DNA from: Phoronis australis | Lineage: Eukaryota > Animalia > Phoronida | Assembly (NCBI GenBank): GCA_002633005.1 | Contig: NMRA01000210.1 | Location: 580,178-644,177, forward strand | Reading direction: 5' to 3' | DNA length: 64,000 bases | In this document: piece by piece, positions 36,568 through 51,456 of the stretch | Numbering within the stretch: position 1 is the stretch's first letter | Layout of the letters: each line of letters opens with the position of its first letter | The notes under the pieces: generated by a model | Database searches by the model: none | What the model saw: the letters and a program-made list of their open reading frames with translations, nothing else | Told to the model about the DNA's origin: nothing | Made by a program: the position numbers and the translations under genes

Positions 36568-38759
36568 AAGTTATTGTGCAATTTCAGGGACCAGACAAGA
36601 AGAATAATCAGTGTTCAATTCTTTGTATATAAATCATGTCAACATTTTTGCATGCTGTTGATCACGTTAAGGTTATGTAATACCCTAAAAAATGTTCTAG
36701 TTTGACAAACTTTTTAACGTCATATCTTAGAAATGGCTTATGGGATTCATTTAAAACTTTCAGATTCTTCGGTTTCTGCACTGTTCTCTAATACGCTGTT
36801 AGGAATTATTTTTAAAAGTTTCACTTTTGCTTGAGGGGATATCAAAAATTAAGACTCATGATTTTTATGGAAAAGATCAAAAATTGTATGCAACAAAAAC
36901 AAAAGGATGATTAATAAAACTGTTAAAACTGTTTTTTTGCAATTTCGTGTTGAATTTTTTCATGTTGTGGATGCTGTTGTTTTGCTATGAATGTTTCTTT
37001 CTTTTTTCCCAATTTTTATTAAAAAGACGTCACGTGACCCAGCTAGGGGCAGATTGGTATAAAGTCAAATATCCAATTCTACAATCTTTCCCGTTTCAGG
37101 AAATATAAACCTTTTCTAAGTCAAAATCTGCAATTTTGTGGAATACCCAGACTGGTTAATAGAGTCCTGCATAACCTTACAGTTATGACTTGTGTAACCT
37201 TATTAGCAAGTCTGTGTACAGTATTTGGCACAATATCTAGTAAAAATTACTAGATTTTAACTTTGGGGGAAGTATAAAAGGTGTCTCAAGTCAAAACTGT
37301 TTGCAAAAATATTCTGAACACAGGAAATGGTTTGGCTTGGAACTCATAGTGTTTTTCTTATTCAAATTATTTCAAAGTTTGTTTTGTGTTGTTTAGAATC
37401 TGGAAAAAGTTCCATGACAGTTGACTCGAATTGCAGAAAATGTGCTTTGATTTTCGTACCGAGTGCAAGCAACTGTGCCACTCCAAGATAGATGTCAAGG
37501 ATTTTTGCTGATGTGTCAAGGCGCAGAGCAATTAATAGAACTGTATCTCTGTTTTCTAGGTGTAAAGTGGAAGTTGTGTTCAGTTTGTGCAAAGCTTGTT
37601 TCAGTTGAAATGAGAACTTCTTGGACCATGCGAAGATTGTGAGTGAACTGTGCTGAGTCTGAAAAATCCATTGGTTTCGTTCTTTCTTTGAAATTAGAGT
37701 CAACTGGCATTTCCTAACTTCCGTGCTTTTTAAAGGAAACGTTGCTATTTTTGGATTTTGAAAAACACCATTATTTACTAGTGAAGTTATTTTCTGGTAG
37801 TTATATCAAAATATTTTGTGAATATTTAATTGAGACTACCTTTATAAGACCATGTCTTTTTAAAAGAAAAATTAAGTAATTAAAAACAGGCACATTCCTA
37901 GCAATACAGCCATCACATGTCGAGTTTTCTTTTGTTATAAATGTTCAAGATGAAATCTCAAAAACACTCTTGCCATCTTCTAAATCATCTTTTTGTTTTG
38001 TTTAACTTTTGAGTTTTTCCTTGAAAATCCTGTAATTTTTTATTGCCCTTCATGCAAAAGTGGATTGAAAAATATTCGTAACGGCCTTTTACAGACCAGT
38101 GCGCAAAGCATTTGGAAGTTTTATATGAAACTAATCGGCCATATCTGAGATATCACTAGCTAGACAAAAACATTGCTTGGAATCGAATCTTTTTTAAAGA
38201 AGTGTTTGACTGTGTATATATGGCAATATTTGCCAGCGAACTTTTGCTGCAGTGAGGACAGCGCCAGGCTTGTAGTCAATAGCTGAAATGGAAGAGGAAC
38301 TGAATTTGTGATTGGTATGCATTTGCCTTTGGTTTTGAAAGGGGATGTTTGCCTTTTGTGTATGTGGTTTGACCAATTTGGCGTAATTTATTTATCTTTC
38401 TTCATAATTTCTGTATAAATGAAGATGAAGATAAGAATGGATGAAGCCAGGGGTGTGGTTCATGTGAGCAAGTTCTGAAAATGTCAACACATTTGAGTAT
38501 GCTTTGTTCTCTCTGAGACACCTCCCTGATTTTCAGTCTCCTCTGTTGCATAACAAATTGTCATTGAATACACAGCTTTTATGCCTGAAACCAGTAATAA
38601 TACTTATACATTATCAATTCAACTAATCCAACACATTGTTTGCATTTTGTCACTTGCTCACAGCCAACCTCTACTGGTTTGTTGAGCTGCTATTTACATT
38701 ATGCACCACAAGAAGTTTTGTGCTCCCATACATTTAGGGAAACATCCACTTACCATCCA

Positions 38760-39610
38760 TTGTTTTTGTTACCTTTGCTTGTCGGTCGATTATTTTGAAA
38801 AATGTAGATTTAACAACCTAGGGATCCCCTGTTGGTAGATTTAGTTTTTTACAAAACATTCCTTGTCTGTCAATTTTTGGTGAAAGTATTTGACCAATGT
38901 CACCGAAATTTGACACAGTTACCTGATGAGAACTAATGCGCCGGAACCAGTTGCTTTTCGGACAGATTGGACTACCTGGCACTCCTTGCTGGCTGTTTTT
39001 CAAAAACGAATTTCTTGTTTGTCAAGTTTTGGCGAAATGAGTGATGAATTTTGTTGAAACTTGATGCAGAGTTGTTTGGCACCTGTTAATTTTTGGATAG
39101 ATTCCAGTAGTGTAGCACGCCTTGTAGGCCGTTTTAGTTTTCAGTAAGAAATTGCTTGTCCATCAATTTTTGGCAATTAGTGAATTTTGTCAAAACTTGA
39201 TTCAGTGTGTATTTGGGAGAAGGCGCCAGCTCCAGTTACGGTTGGGACGCAGTTCACTGCTCCAGGACTTGATAGATTTTAATGAAATTTGAGACATGGG
39301 TTTGTGGCTGAAATCTGCTGGCATCAATTGATTTTTGGACATACTCAATCACTATGGCACCTCTATTGGCCATTTCAGTTTTGACACGGTGTTAATGGTC
39401 TGTTCATTATTGTCAAAATGGATTGGCAGATTTTTTGATGGACCTTGAGAGAGAGAGGGTGGCCGAGTTCTATTTTCATCTTTGATATATTGTGGTCAAA
39501 ATAGTCTTAAGTATAATATATGATACTAATGAACTCCCCCTGATGTATACTGTTTGCTTTGCAATCATTGGTGCATTTAAACGCTTTGCGCTGCACTTGG
39601 TAACTTGTTT
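38760..39610 (+). mobile_element. Older HINE-like element
   Basis: Degenerate core repeats (GAAATTTGA/GAAACTTGA; GGCACCTCTATTGGCCATTT resembling the 5563 HINE core). The 3' end GGTGCATTTAAACGCTTTGCGCTGCACTTG matches the HINE terminus GGCGCATTTCAACGCTCCGCGTTGCTCTTG. Confidence 0.5.
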
Positions 39611-40237
39611 ATGAAAATTGTCTGAAAGGCTCTAAATATTTTTCAAATTAAGTAAAATATCCCTTATTGAGACACATTCCTCCTTGCCATTCCTTTTCCT
39701 CTGAGTACTCGATCGCCAAGTGATAAAAAATGCAGAGCCAGTGTGACTCAATTAAATGCAAAATTGTCCTGACTCAGTGAAGTGTACCTTAGTGGCCTGT
39801 GAGTAAATCTCCGCTGCCCGATCTGACACACACCTCTACAACATAGCTATAGCTCTGACGAGGCATGCATTCCTGACTCAAACTGACCTAGTACTGCTCC
39901 AAAATGTTCATCATGTATCTGTAAATAAATTTGTAAGGATAGTACAAATGTTTTTTTTTCTTTAATTTTCAGAGATTACCGAGTCTTGTGTACATCAGTC
40001 TTTACCATTTGTGTGTTGCCACTTAACACGAAGACACACTGTAAACAGGGAAATGTATGGCCATTTGCATCATCTGTCACTTCCTAAATGGGACATTCTG
40101 CTGGTTGGTCACGTGTGTTTGTTTTGTTGTTATAATGACATGCATTTCATCGGTAAACGTAGATTTCCGACGTTTAAGCGTATCCATGCAATAAACGTGA
40201 ACATCCGTAGCCACGTATTGGCTTATATGTCACTTGC

Positions 40238-40572
40238 TCAAAATTCATTCTGTAAGGCATACTGTACGATTTCACTTACATGACGTTACATCGATCTTTA
40301 TTAAATTCCCTAATACTTGAAATAAACATGTCCGCTGGGGGTAGCTGCGACCTAGTTGGGAATTTTCTTAAATGCCCATGTTTGCTGAAGGTGCTAATAT
40401 AATGTTTCCACCAAATATTCATAACATTTAGTTTTACCGTATCATCGAATCCCCACAGCTTGAAAATCGTCCAACTTCTTGGCCGCGGCTTTCCCGCCAA
40501 AGTGCAGTACAATTGTTTTGTCAAAATTAGAGCGGTTACAAACCCGAATTGCCTTACAGATGCGGACTTTTG
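40238..40572. repeat. MITE-like element with imperfect TIR
   Basis: CAAAATTCATTCTGTAAGGCA (~40239) versus TGCCTTACAGATGCGGACTTTTG (~40550). Confidence 0.4.
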
Positions 40573-41105
40573 ATACAGCTCACGTACACTGCTAAAATTG
40601 TTCTCTGTTTGTTCCTTACTCGGTTGAGAAGGTATTTACTCGGCGTATAAAGTAACCACTAGGCCGCGACAAGCCAAGTTGCCGTGCCTGGTCTCCAGTT
40701 CTAAAACGAACTCTCAGTTATTTCGAAGCTTTGAAATCAACTCTAATTTAGCTAAGAAACAGTTTGAGACCAATTTCCTAACGGTAGTGGTCTAAAGCAA
40801 AAAATCGCTTTTGTTAGGCAGGGCGACTTGAAGCGTCATTTCTCGAACCACGCAGTTATAAGATGAAATTTTGAAACTATTTGATATTTAAGTTACGTCT
40901 AGTTCAACGTTTTTCAAAATATATTTCGACTTTCGTCGCGTCTCAGTTAACGTTTTTTGTCTACAAGAGCCACGTTTTTGATCGGCAGAAGGCCGAACAA
41001 TTGAGAAAACAAGTTTTTACAGTTACGTCACAGATGTCTTTAGGTCACGCATTGTCTTGTTTTAAATGAATATATTTTGGTCATGTTTTTACTTCGACTT
41101 TAAAA

Positions 41106-44100
41106 ATGTTTGAAAAAGGTAAGTATATTTGGCCTAATGGGTCGGATGCATCATTATGTGGGGCACAATGTGGCACTCGAACGTCTTTTTCATGATGTCC
41201 ATCTTGCAGAGTCTTTGTTTCTATGGCGTCCTAAAAATGAAAAATTCCGACCAGTCATTTCTTGTTTTACTCTGCAACGTAGCACGTAGCGCAACCCAAG
41301 TAAGATAGATTCCGATAAATGTGTTTACGGATCTCGATGACAGTAACAATTTCCAGCACAAATGGTGGGAGCTGGCTCCCCCCCCCCGATTAAGATTTAG
41401 TATTGTGACTCAGTGACTATAAAACACAAACATTTAGAGAACATCTGTCAACTACCAATGCTAACTTTACCTGTTGCAGGCCTTTCCTGCATGGCCAGGA
41501 CGTTCTTGTAAGGGAGCCCCAGGCTTTTAAAAAAATTAATGCGCTATGCGAGTACATTGATTCAGATTTTTAAATTCAGGGAAAACGTTTTTTACGGGAT
41601 GCACAAATGGATTTCTCTAGGAAACCTCTTTGGCAACAAGTAATAGATTCGTCTGTCGCTCTCTCCGTATTTTAAAAAAAATATGAAGACTTGTGATGTA
41701 TATGCTAGCTCCTTAAGAGGGCCTGCAGATGGCTACCCTTTCCTCTTTTTTCTTCCCTTGTTAAGAGGCCCGTCACAGAGTTGGTTTCTTCCACGGGATT
41801 TGCCTTCCATCAGCAAAGTATGCACGCCTATAGCGAAGGAGTTCGAAATTGGCGACGATCGAGTGAGTGGCTGAAATGGCAGTTATAGGGAGGAACTGTG
41901 CCCTCTTTCTCAATAATCAGAATAATATTTACCTGCTAAAGCAACCAAAGTGGTGAGGGCGGCTCGAAGATGAACTGGTCACAGTTTCGACCGCGGGAGC
42001 GGGTTTGTGTGGTGCAGGTGGAGGTAAACGGGCTTCGTCTGGAGATGGAGTTGAGTCAAGCTTGTGTCGATCTCGGAACAAAACTGAGTGATCGCAGAGT
42101 TGACCGGGGAGGGGGGGGGGCTACATGCGCTCACATTTGTTTGCTAAACACCCCCTACTAAAGCAAACCTATGCTTATGTTCAAGTTGATAACGAATGGT
42201 CTTATAAGCATGGACGTTGTTTTGAAATATTTATTGTAGCCCGGGCAACAAATGTGTCGAGTGCGACAGCAGACTCGTCCTGCATAATCATTGTAGTCTA
42301 ATATAACAATAAAAGGGCAACCTGTCCTCAGTAAACGAAGCCAATCAACGCCTTTTTGTTAATTAGAGTATTATAAAAGATAAGCGATGACACAGTCGAT
42401 TCAGTGATAATTAACGGTGAACAAAAACAATATTTTCTTTGAATTTAAAGTTATATATTGAGCGCTATATTGGCGGGTCAAAAATGACCACCTCAAAGCA
42501 AAACTATTATTCCCAAAACAACACCAATATGTCCCACATCCTGACCCTCGTAACCACAGAAAACGACAATGTAGCTTTATTGGTTTTGTTTAGGTTTACT
42601 AGCGTGTGTGTGCGTGTGTGTGTGCGTGTGTGTGTGTATCACTTTTAAATTGGGCCCGTATATCATTTTGAAACGACCACTCCTTCATGAAATCTTGAGC
42701 ACATAAATCCTATTACAGTGTAATCATCCGAAGTCTTACACTCTTGTCTAGGTACCCGTTATGTTTCTGGTTCTTCGTAAGCGTCTGTATTTGCGAGAAT
42801 GAAATCATGTCTGTTATACCACATACTCATTCAGTGAAAGCGCTGGGTAAGTATGAGTACCGACCCATTTCACCCTCTTCGCCACTCATGATCATCACAT
42901 CATATTCTATATTTAGATCTAATTCTTTTTTTTTCCGACCTAGTCTGTTTTGTACTAATCTATTCATCAGTGCTGGCGTGTGTTCAGTAGACGCTAGGAC
43001 CTACGCTAAGACCTTGCTAAAACCTAGTCAAAGTCACGTGTTCTCATTTAAAATGCACGGCAATATCTCACGTAATCTCGCGAAGTCTTGCTTTTTAGCG
43101 AGGTCCTAACGTTACTGAACGGGAGGCTGTAGTAGGACGTAAGCGCACGTAGGCGCAGCCAACCACCTTTTGGCATTTAAACGTAGCGCCTTACGTTATA
43201 GTTCGAATTCAGTGCACTTTTAAAATTCAGTGCTCAAGGTGATACGGTGGGCATTGAACGCCTACTTCACCCCTAATTTTACCACTACAACATTGTTTAT
43301 TCTATTCCATTGTATTCTCACGTGTGTTACGATATTCTATTTTAATTGTTAATTTTTGTCTCTGTGGTATCTTGTACAATTGTGTTGTAGCCAGTTCTAT
43401 TCTATTCTAATTTGGTCTGCTATTCTTTTTCAGTACCAGACCGCCTGCAATTATTTTTATATATCAATTCTAATCTACTGCATTCTTTGTCTTATTTTGC
43501 TACTTTATAATGCATCTACAATGTATCACGTTAAGTTTTGGACTATCCTGGTGTGTTATAGTCTTTTTTATATGAATTTACTCTAGTCTAGTCAAGCTTA
43601 CTCGAATCTACTCAAGTTATAATCTATTGTATCGAAGTCTAATCTATTTTATTATAGTATATTCTAATCTACCCTTGTTTTATTCCCTGTCTTATTTTAT
43701 TTCATCCTATTCTATTCTGTGGAACTCAGTATTCTTTTATGCACTATACACTAATTTGTACTTTGCTAATTTGTTCGTAATGACGAACCGCACTTAGCTA
43801 ATTTCCATTTAATGAATTTTGAGTCCTCTGAGTCCTTTGAGTCTGCATCCCTATGACAATTGTTTGCACACTGATAATGTTAACGTAAGCTTCCCACTTC
43901 ATAGTCTGTTTTGTTTGTTTTTAATATTGCTGTGCTAGTGCCAGAAGATGAAGTCTAATGACAGCTCACGTTAGTATTTTATTCTCACGTTACGTTATGT
44001 CTTATCAATTGGTGTATTACACTATGTTTAAGATAAGATCGTCCTTAGAATATTCTTTTGTCCTCTCATCCGACTCTCATTACTATGATTTGGGTAAGTC

Positions 44101-47100
44101 TGTTTCAAGACGCATGACAAGTTTTTGCCCGAAACGGATGACCATGTAATTCAGACATTTCATTTCATTTTGCATCTATCACAAAATACTGTCTCATGCC
44201 ACTGAAACTTCAGAAATGGTGAATGAAGTTTGAGCAAAGTTTGTCAGGGTGATTCTTTTTCAAATTGTAGATTGGATCCCTTCTGAGAAAGAGTTCGTGC
44301 AATTGCTTGATGACAATCTGTTCGTCGATTACTTCAACGTTTTTAATTCGCTTCCGGTAAGTAAGCGCATGTCGCACGCTAGCAGGGCTGGTGCGGACTA
44401 GGGTGACGTAAGCGTATGTGTGGTATGGTGTAAGTCATTTGTTGGTGCTCGCCACCGAGCAAATTCCTTCTATGATTACATCACCAATTCTTCCAGATGC
44501 AACAACTTTCACAACCCGTTCGTTGTTAACGTATGCTTTACCCGTCGAGGTGTACATGGAATTTCGAGGCTGAACTACTTCGTTGCAAAATATTTCGCTA
44601 TGCATATTCAGGTAGTCACGTTTCCTCCTGATGGGTTGGTGCTGCCATGTGACAAGATAGTGGTGTCATGTGACGTGTTTAAGTCAGTTTAGGTTATATG
44701 AGCTAATAAGCAGTGGCGTAGCTAGGATTATTGCCTCCCATCGAAGTAGTACCACTGCCACCCCCGCCCCCTCTCGAGTCGAGTCAACAATTTTGTACCG
44801 CCCCCTCTCTCCGATCGCCACCAATTTTCCTCCCCCGCCACGTGCTTGTCGTCAACAATTTTGTGCCGCGTTCCAGGTCGCCACCACCGTGATCGAAGTT
44901 TTGTGCCGCCCCTTGATTTATTTGTACTAGTTCATTCGTCGCCCAGACCCATGGGGGCAGTCAATTGTTGACATCGGCTAATGATGTTTTAAAGGCAGCA
45001 CAGTACGTAACGCGACAGTATTGGCATATGTAATTGTGACATGCTTAACATCGTTCGGGGTGTATGGTACCTTAACTGTCCATGTCTAGAGGCAGGAAGT
45101 GTACCTTAATTGGTGCATCTAGGTGAGTGATGCATAACTCTGTTCTTGGGTGGAAGTTGGAAGATAAAGTCTTCCTTAGGCGTCTAAGGTACATGTGTTC
45201 AACTGTGTATTCGTATTTGTATACTTACCGAAACATTGGATATATGTCGCGAGGGCCACGTGAATAGCCTTTCAAAAGTAGTCGGTCACTAGCAGCAAAA
45301 TCGATACACGCCGAAGTTTTGTTGTGAATTCATTAGTTTCATCCCTAATGAGGCAATTTGAAATACATCTACGCAATTTGTGTCTTACGATGAGAGAACA
45401 CGGTTTTACGAAAATTCACTGGTCACAAAGCCAATCTGACAAAATGACTGATTTAAGCAGCAGTGCGGGGTCCGGACGGTTTCAGAAACATGGCTTAAAT
45501 TTGAAATGTTAACAGGACTACTTAGGGCACCTTTAAGTCGTGCATCACGTTCGTTTAGTTAAGCACGAGTCTTAAATGCTTTAAAAAATTGTACACGTTG
45601 AATCCGCTTAAAATGTTCTCCTAATGAGGTTACTCAAGGGCCCAAACCGATGGCACTAAAAACTTATCTACATAAGGATGAAATTGTTTTCATACCTAAA
45701 CATGTCATCCAGGGCCTCAACAACTTCCGAAAAGCCACGGTTTTGACGGGGTGAATCAACCTCTTTCTAATCGACGACAGGTGATCCTTCTGTTTCATGG
45801 TAGAAATCAATTGCTATCACGGTCAAGGGAATGTTTGTAGGAATTTATTTTACGATTTCAATTTTAAGTCGTAATTGGAATGAAGTGCATGCTAACATTC
45901 AAAACTAAAACTATTTTTCGGGAACAGCGAACCATGGTCATAGTCTGATACAACGTACCTATTTCTTAGTCGCTGCGCAGAAATCGTACTACAATGTTAT
46001 AGGACCGGGGCGCCATAATGAAAAAAAAATGTATCTACATCCGAACTATTGGACTTTTCTCATTCCCAACGTGTTCATAAAAACACAAGCAAACCAGATT
46101 CACTGGACTTACATGAAATGTCTACCACAAAACTACCGCCAAAACTGGCCTAGCCCTAATTTTTAATTTCTATGACCGCGGTACAGTCTAACCTTAGCAA
46201 AACATGGCGAAACCGTCTTTGACATGATTTTTAGTTTGGACGTAACTTTGCGTGGTCTTGCGCGACCTCGCTTTTCTCGCAAGAAACTTGGTCTACGGAA
46301 CGTTTGTTCGGTGTGGTGCGTAACTGATTGTGCGTGTGCGCGTATGCTGTAAACGAACGTGCGGCGTACAAGCGTACAAGCAGTGTTGAGTGGGCTGTAA
46401 GCCAGTGATTACAAGTTATACTCCTGTAGACTCTCGTTTTTGCTTCATCATTTGCCAAAAAGAAAACATACTATTGTTGTATTGCTATAATTAGTTGTTG
46501 GCAACATCAAAAAGCCAGTAAAGACAAATGTTTAGTTACATACCTTTGACCTAATTGCCTGCACAGACAGATTACCATTGTTAACTGAATTTTTATGAAC
46601 CTAATGTGCGCGCGTACACACTTAGGGTTAAATGTGTTCTCATTTTGTTTAGATCTTCGCTCAGCACGTCCTATACAAGATAGAAAATAACGAGTTTGAA
46701 TATGACCCTCCAATTCCTGACTATTGCGTGGTAAGTTCACATGTACTTCTTGGGTTAAAGAGGCACGGAACGCGAACCCGTAAAGATACATTTTAAACTG
46801 ATCGTGGCGAATCTACTTCTTGGTGATGCTTATGTGAGAGTTATTCACTTTAAATATTGCAAGAATTTCTAGAAAAAATCTTCAGATTGGCTATTTTGAA
46901 ACACAGAAGAAATATAAACTCTTTTACTTTCATCCCAATACAGTTTCAAATTCTCCGCCTCTAATGATGAATATGCGTGCATGCAGTGCGCTGAACGAAG
47001 TCGGAGTGACTGCTGCTTGAAATCTCCACTGTTTTGGAGACATGCTCTGATTTGTGGGAGAAAAAATTGGCGAAGCAACTAGTCATTGACAGATCTTTTT

Positions 47101-50100
47101 TTAAATTTGAAAATAAGAGGGAAATGATTTGACACCAACAGAAATTCAAAATCAAACCGTGAAAACATTTGGTCAACAGTTTAACGTCAGTTTCAGTGGC
47201 AGAGTACCACTTTGAATGATGTCATTTAGTCTGTTTTTTGCATTCCAGGCCTCCTTAACATGTTTAAAATTAGTTGCTTATCATTACTGTCTGCATTCTA
47301 TACTACGGTCCGCAGCTGTTTCGAAAAACTATTTTCACCGTCCACAAACCCCGTCATTACATGGCTCACATATATAATCGGTTTCCATGGAAATTGCATT
47401 TTTGGTAAGGTAGGCTATAAGTGCGGTTAAACTGATAACCTACAAGTTACATGTCGGTCTGTTGTTTCTGAGTCTACGCCAGTTCATTCTGTCTGCTGCG
47501 CCCGCCTGAAAGCCGGCATCAGGTGGCGCTGCGTAAAACAAGATGGATACCGACCCATTTTGGCATAGTGAGACTTTTAAAATACCAAAAGTGCAAAAAA
47601 AACGTAATTTGATTTCTTTTGAAAGTGTTTTTAGTTTTCACTGGTGGTCTACCACTAGTGAACAGTAAAAACACTTAAAAGTGTCTCGGGTTGTCAACGA
47701 GACCATGTTTCTGTAAATCATCCGCACTGATCCATGTTTGACATCGGCTGTACTATTAAATAAAAAATTAAACATATGGGAGAAACGTTGTTAATGCGAA
47801 TTTCTATCACTTTGTGCTTGTTTATCTACTCGATAAAAGTCATTGGTTTATCAGGCGTATATTCATTTTATCGTGAAGTCTACTACATGCTTTTATCAGC
47901 GACAGGCACTTCTCGTTCGTTGACAAAACGTTTGCAAAGCAGCATCAAGACATCCGGCCCTAGACGGCTAGTTAAATAAAATTGGTGATAGCAATGGAAA
48001 AATATCGCCAGAAAGCTATTTTTCGGGGTAACGCTAACATTTTTTCCAGGAGTGTTGTTGAACGCCCTTGCGATATCCTGTGCAACTATTCCTCATAATC
48101 TAATTCCAGTTTATTGTATGGTATAGGCGCTTTGTTTTCGTTGTTTCATAACACACTGTTTCAAGCAAATGTTTTTTTTCAGCCGCATGGTGGCGGTTTG
48201 TTAAAGTGGTTAGTGAATCATCGTCTGGCATTCTTTGTCAAAAGCGACGTCTATCTGGAGTATTTACTTTGTCGGAAATTGTGCGACAAGCACCTGAACA
48301 CATCATCGACCACAAGTAAGCACTGTCTTTTACTTAATTACTGGTATTCAAATTTGAAAAAGACAAAATTGTAATTTTTGCCTAGCTTTGAGTCTTCCGT
48401 TTAAAATAATTTCGCAATGATATTAGAATACTAATAATGCTCGCCTGACCCGGTACACTTAGTAAGAAAAATGCTATTTTATTAAAATGGTCCAAACTGG
48501 AATTCGTTGCAGAAAAGTAAAATAAGATATTATACAGGGAATAAAAACTATTCACTAGCCGCGCCCTTACGATCCCCTTAAACCTCACTCACGCACCAGC
48601 AAACAACAAATCCGCAGTACAACTTCCAAGCCCGTGTACCTTAATTCTACAACATACTCCCTACCCGGTGAGTAGGCACCAGATTCCTCACCCGCACCAT
48701 TGATGCGGCTCATCTGGAGTTTGATCCCCAGTGTCAACAGTGCTGTTTTGCCACCGGGTTAGGTGCGTTAGTCGAGTTTAGGGGCGCGGGTATGGAATCT
48801 GTTCCTCAAACGTGGGACTGTTTCTTGGAGAATCTACTGTTTTTGACTGTTAAAAATCTGCAGCTGAGCCTGTTGCACGAAATTAGACTAAGTCTGAACG
48901 TACGTAAGAAAATCTGCCAACATACAGAAATCCATATCCTGCTCATGCGCAGATGATAAAAGTCAAATCCAAACGACTATTGGATTTACACTTGTCGAGA
49001 AACAGGCCCCTGGTGTTTGTTGATCCAGGAGTTGGATTTAATGTACCCAAACTTGAATTCAGAGGCTCGCCCATGGAATCGTTTCCATCCCGTTACAATA
49101 TTTTCCAGCAATTCACACGAAGATTAAAAATTAAAAGGAACTGATTCTCGAGTACGTAAGATCAGTTGAATAGAAAGACCTCTAATGGAAAAATGAAGTC
49201 AGAGAGTGCATGAAATACTGTGTTGGAATTACAGGGGGGAGAAGGAATAACAGTGACTCGTGTAGATCATGATCCCGTTGAGACCAAAAACGCTTGGGCG
49301 TTAATTTTTACAACTGACGCTTTAGTTACGCCTTCTAATTGAGGCGACAAATTGTGAGGTCCTATTCAGTGTGGCTGGTAGGCTGAAATGCCCCGTGGGG
49401 ACTGGTAAGGGGGAATCCTAATACTTCTCTTGCATGCCTCGTGTGTATTTTACCTTTGGTCTCTCTACTCACCACCTGGTGAAGTGCTATGATGTTCTGA
49501 TTTTATTTGTTTTTTATCTTTATTGACATTACTGGAGAAAGATTTTCTTTTAGCCGGCGCCTCAGCAAACACCAGGCAAGATTCACCGGCCACAATCTCA
49601 TCACAAAACGAATCGAATAATGCTACAGACACCTCACAGAGGAGAGGAAGACCCAAGACGTCGCTTCCAGACTCGGTACAAAGTTCTACGTCAGAGTCCG
49701 TGAGCTCAAGCGCCAGTACCTATAGAAGCGACGTGACGGTTTCATCTGGGTCATCTGGGTCATCTTCGTTTGTTCGGCATTCGCCTTCTTCTTCCTCCTC
49801 CGCAATATTCGCCAAGCCGCTGTCGCAACATAACCCATTGAATTCAAACTTTAGAGATCACGCGCTCTCACATGTGTTTGGAATGAGGCAGTTTCGCCAT
49901 TTTCTGTCAAAAACAAAAGGTCAAACGAGTTTGATGTTCTGGTTACGTGTTGAGAAACTGTTACGCATGCCTGACTCAGAAGAGAAATGGGACCACTTCC
50001 GTGAGATCCAGCTGGTGTATCTCAACGGCAATGTGAAGTGGAACCGTACCAAATTTAGTGATGGTAAGTGTGTACGCAAATGAAATTCTATGTCTGGATA

Positions 50101-51424
50101 TCTGCCGTAACGCAAGACACTAGCGGGACAGTCGTGACGAAAATATATGCGCCGTTGTGTTCATTAAGGGTTTTTCCCCGGATCTCGTCTCGTATTCCGG
50201 TTTCTGTCGATTCGACTTGTTCGTCAATAAACGCTAGCAAACTTTGTTTTATTTAACTTACTGTCGATGTCTCATGTACGGAATTCCATCCTCGTCGTAC
50301 AATGACTTCAATGTAAGCTAGCATTGCGAGATATTGCCTAAGTTCGCACCAACCTGGCAAGAAACTCGTAAAACGATAAGTTTAGGTCAATGACGCCCTA
50401 CACTGGCAAGGACATAATCAAGTTTTTCCTAGAAAGGGGCATATATGGTAAGTAATGAAGTGTTCAGATTGTAAAATCTCAGGTACAGAGTATTGAAGTG
50501 CAAAATATTTTGAAAAATGTCGAAGACTGGCTATTATTTTTACGTGATGCCCTAGCCATCCCAGGCATTTGGAAATGGTCCCATTGAGGTGCCAAATGTA
50601 GATCTAGCAGATTGTTTGACAATGATTTTATTTTATTCGTTCAAAGTACTATGTGTTTTCAATGTATAGACCAACTTTCATTCTCTTACTCATAGCAGTG
50701 GGTGCAGATGATATATATAGAACATTGCAAAAATAGGTTGATAGCCGCGGTTTTCGATGGGTTATGTCGTAGAATTTTAAGTGCTGGTGGTAAATGACCG
50801 ATTTTTTATTCAGCAAACTTTGCCCACCCCAAAATTTTAATATTTTGGCAGTGCAAATTGGCCGCGGCCGCAGCCTAACTATTCAGTGCCACCTAAGTAA
50901 AACGGAAACGATCACCACCAATGACAACTGGCGGCAGAATCATATATGTACTCGTAGTCTAGACAAAACCTTTGAGCCGTTTCTGCCTTCTCAGTGTTTC
51001 AAGAAAAGCAATGCCAACCCGTTGCGAGGTCCGTCGATGGCGGCACCGACGTCGATGCTGCCGAGTGACTGACCGCCGTACAAAAGAATGCTCGACTCGA
51101 ACTCATGCTTGGACAAGTAGCTAACTACTGCCCCGTTATTTCCCGGAACTCGCTAGTCAAGAACTTGGTGTCTCTGGTTGTCATCTGGCAAAAAATCAGT
51201 TAGCACTTTGGCTTTGCCTCGATCGATGCTCATTTTTTAGACCATTGCAATATCCGCCTGCAATCCGACGAGCGTTCCAAGGACCTCTATCAACGCTTTC
51301 CTGCCTTTTTCGAGGAGAATCTCCTCTCACCCGACTGTGGCCTTGCCCACCATGGAGCCGCCGTGGATTATGAGGAGGACTTGACCCCGACGCTGGAAAA
51401 TGTCATTATATACACACACACGCA

Positions 51425-51456
<32 letters not shown>

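Noticed and set aside
47316-47404. Candidate exon CCGCAG|...|GTAAGG in an RGSL1-like intron
   Set aside because: Its length breaks phase between 46730 and 48183, which join correctly without it; at most a poison exon.
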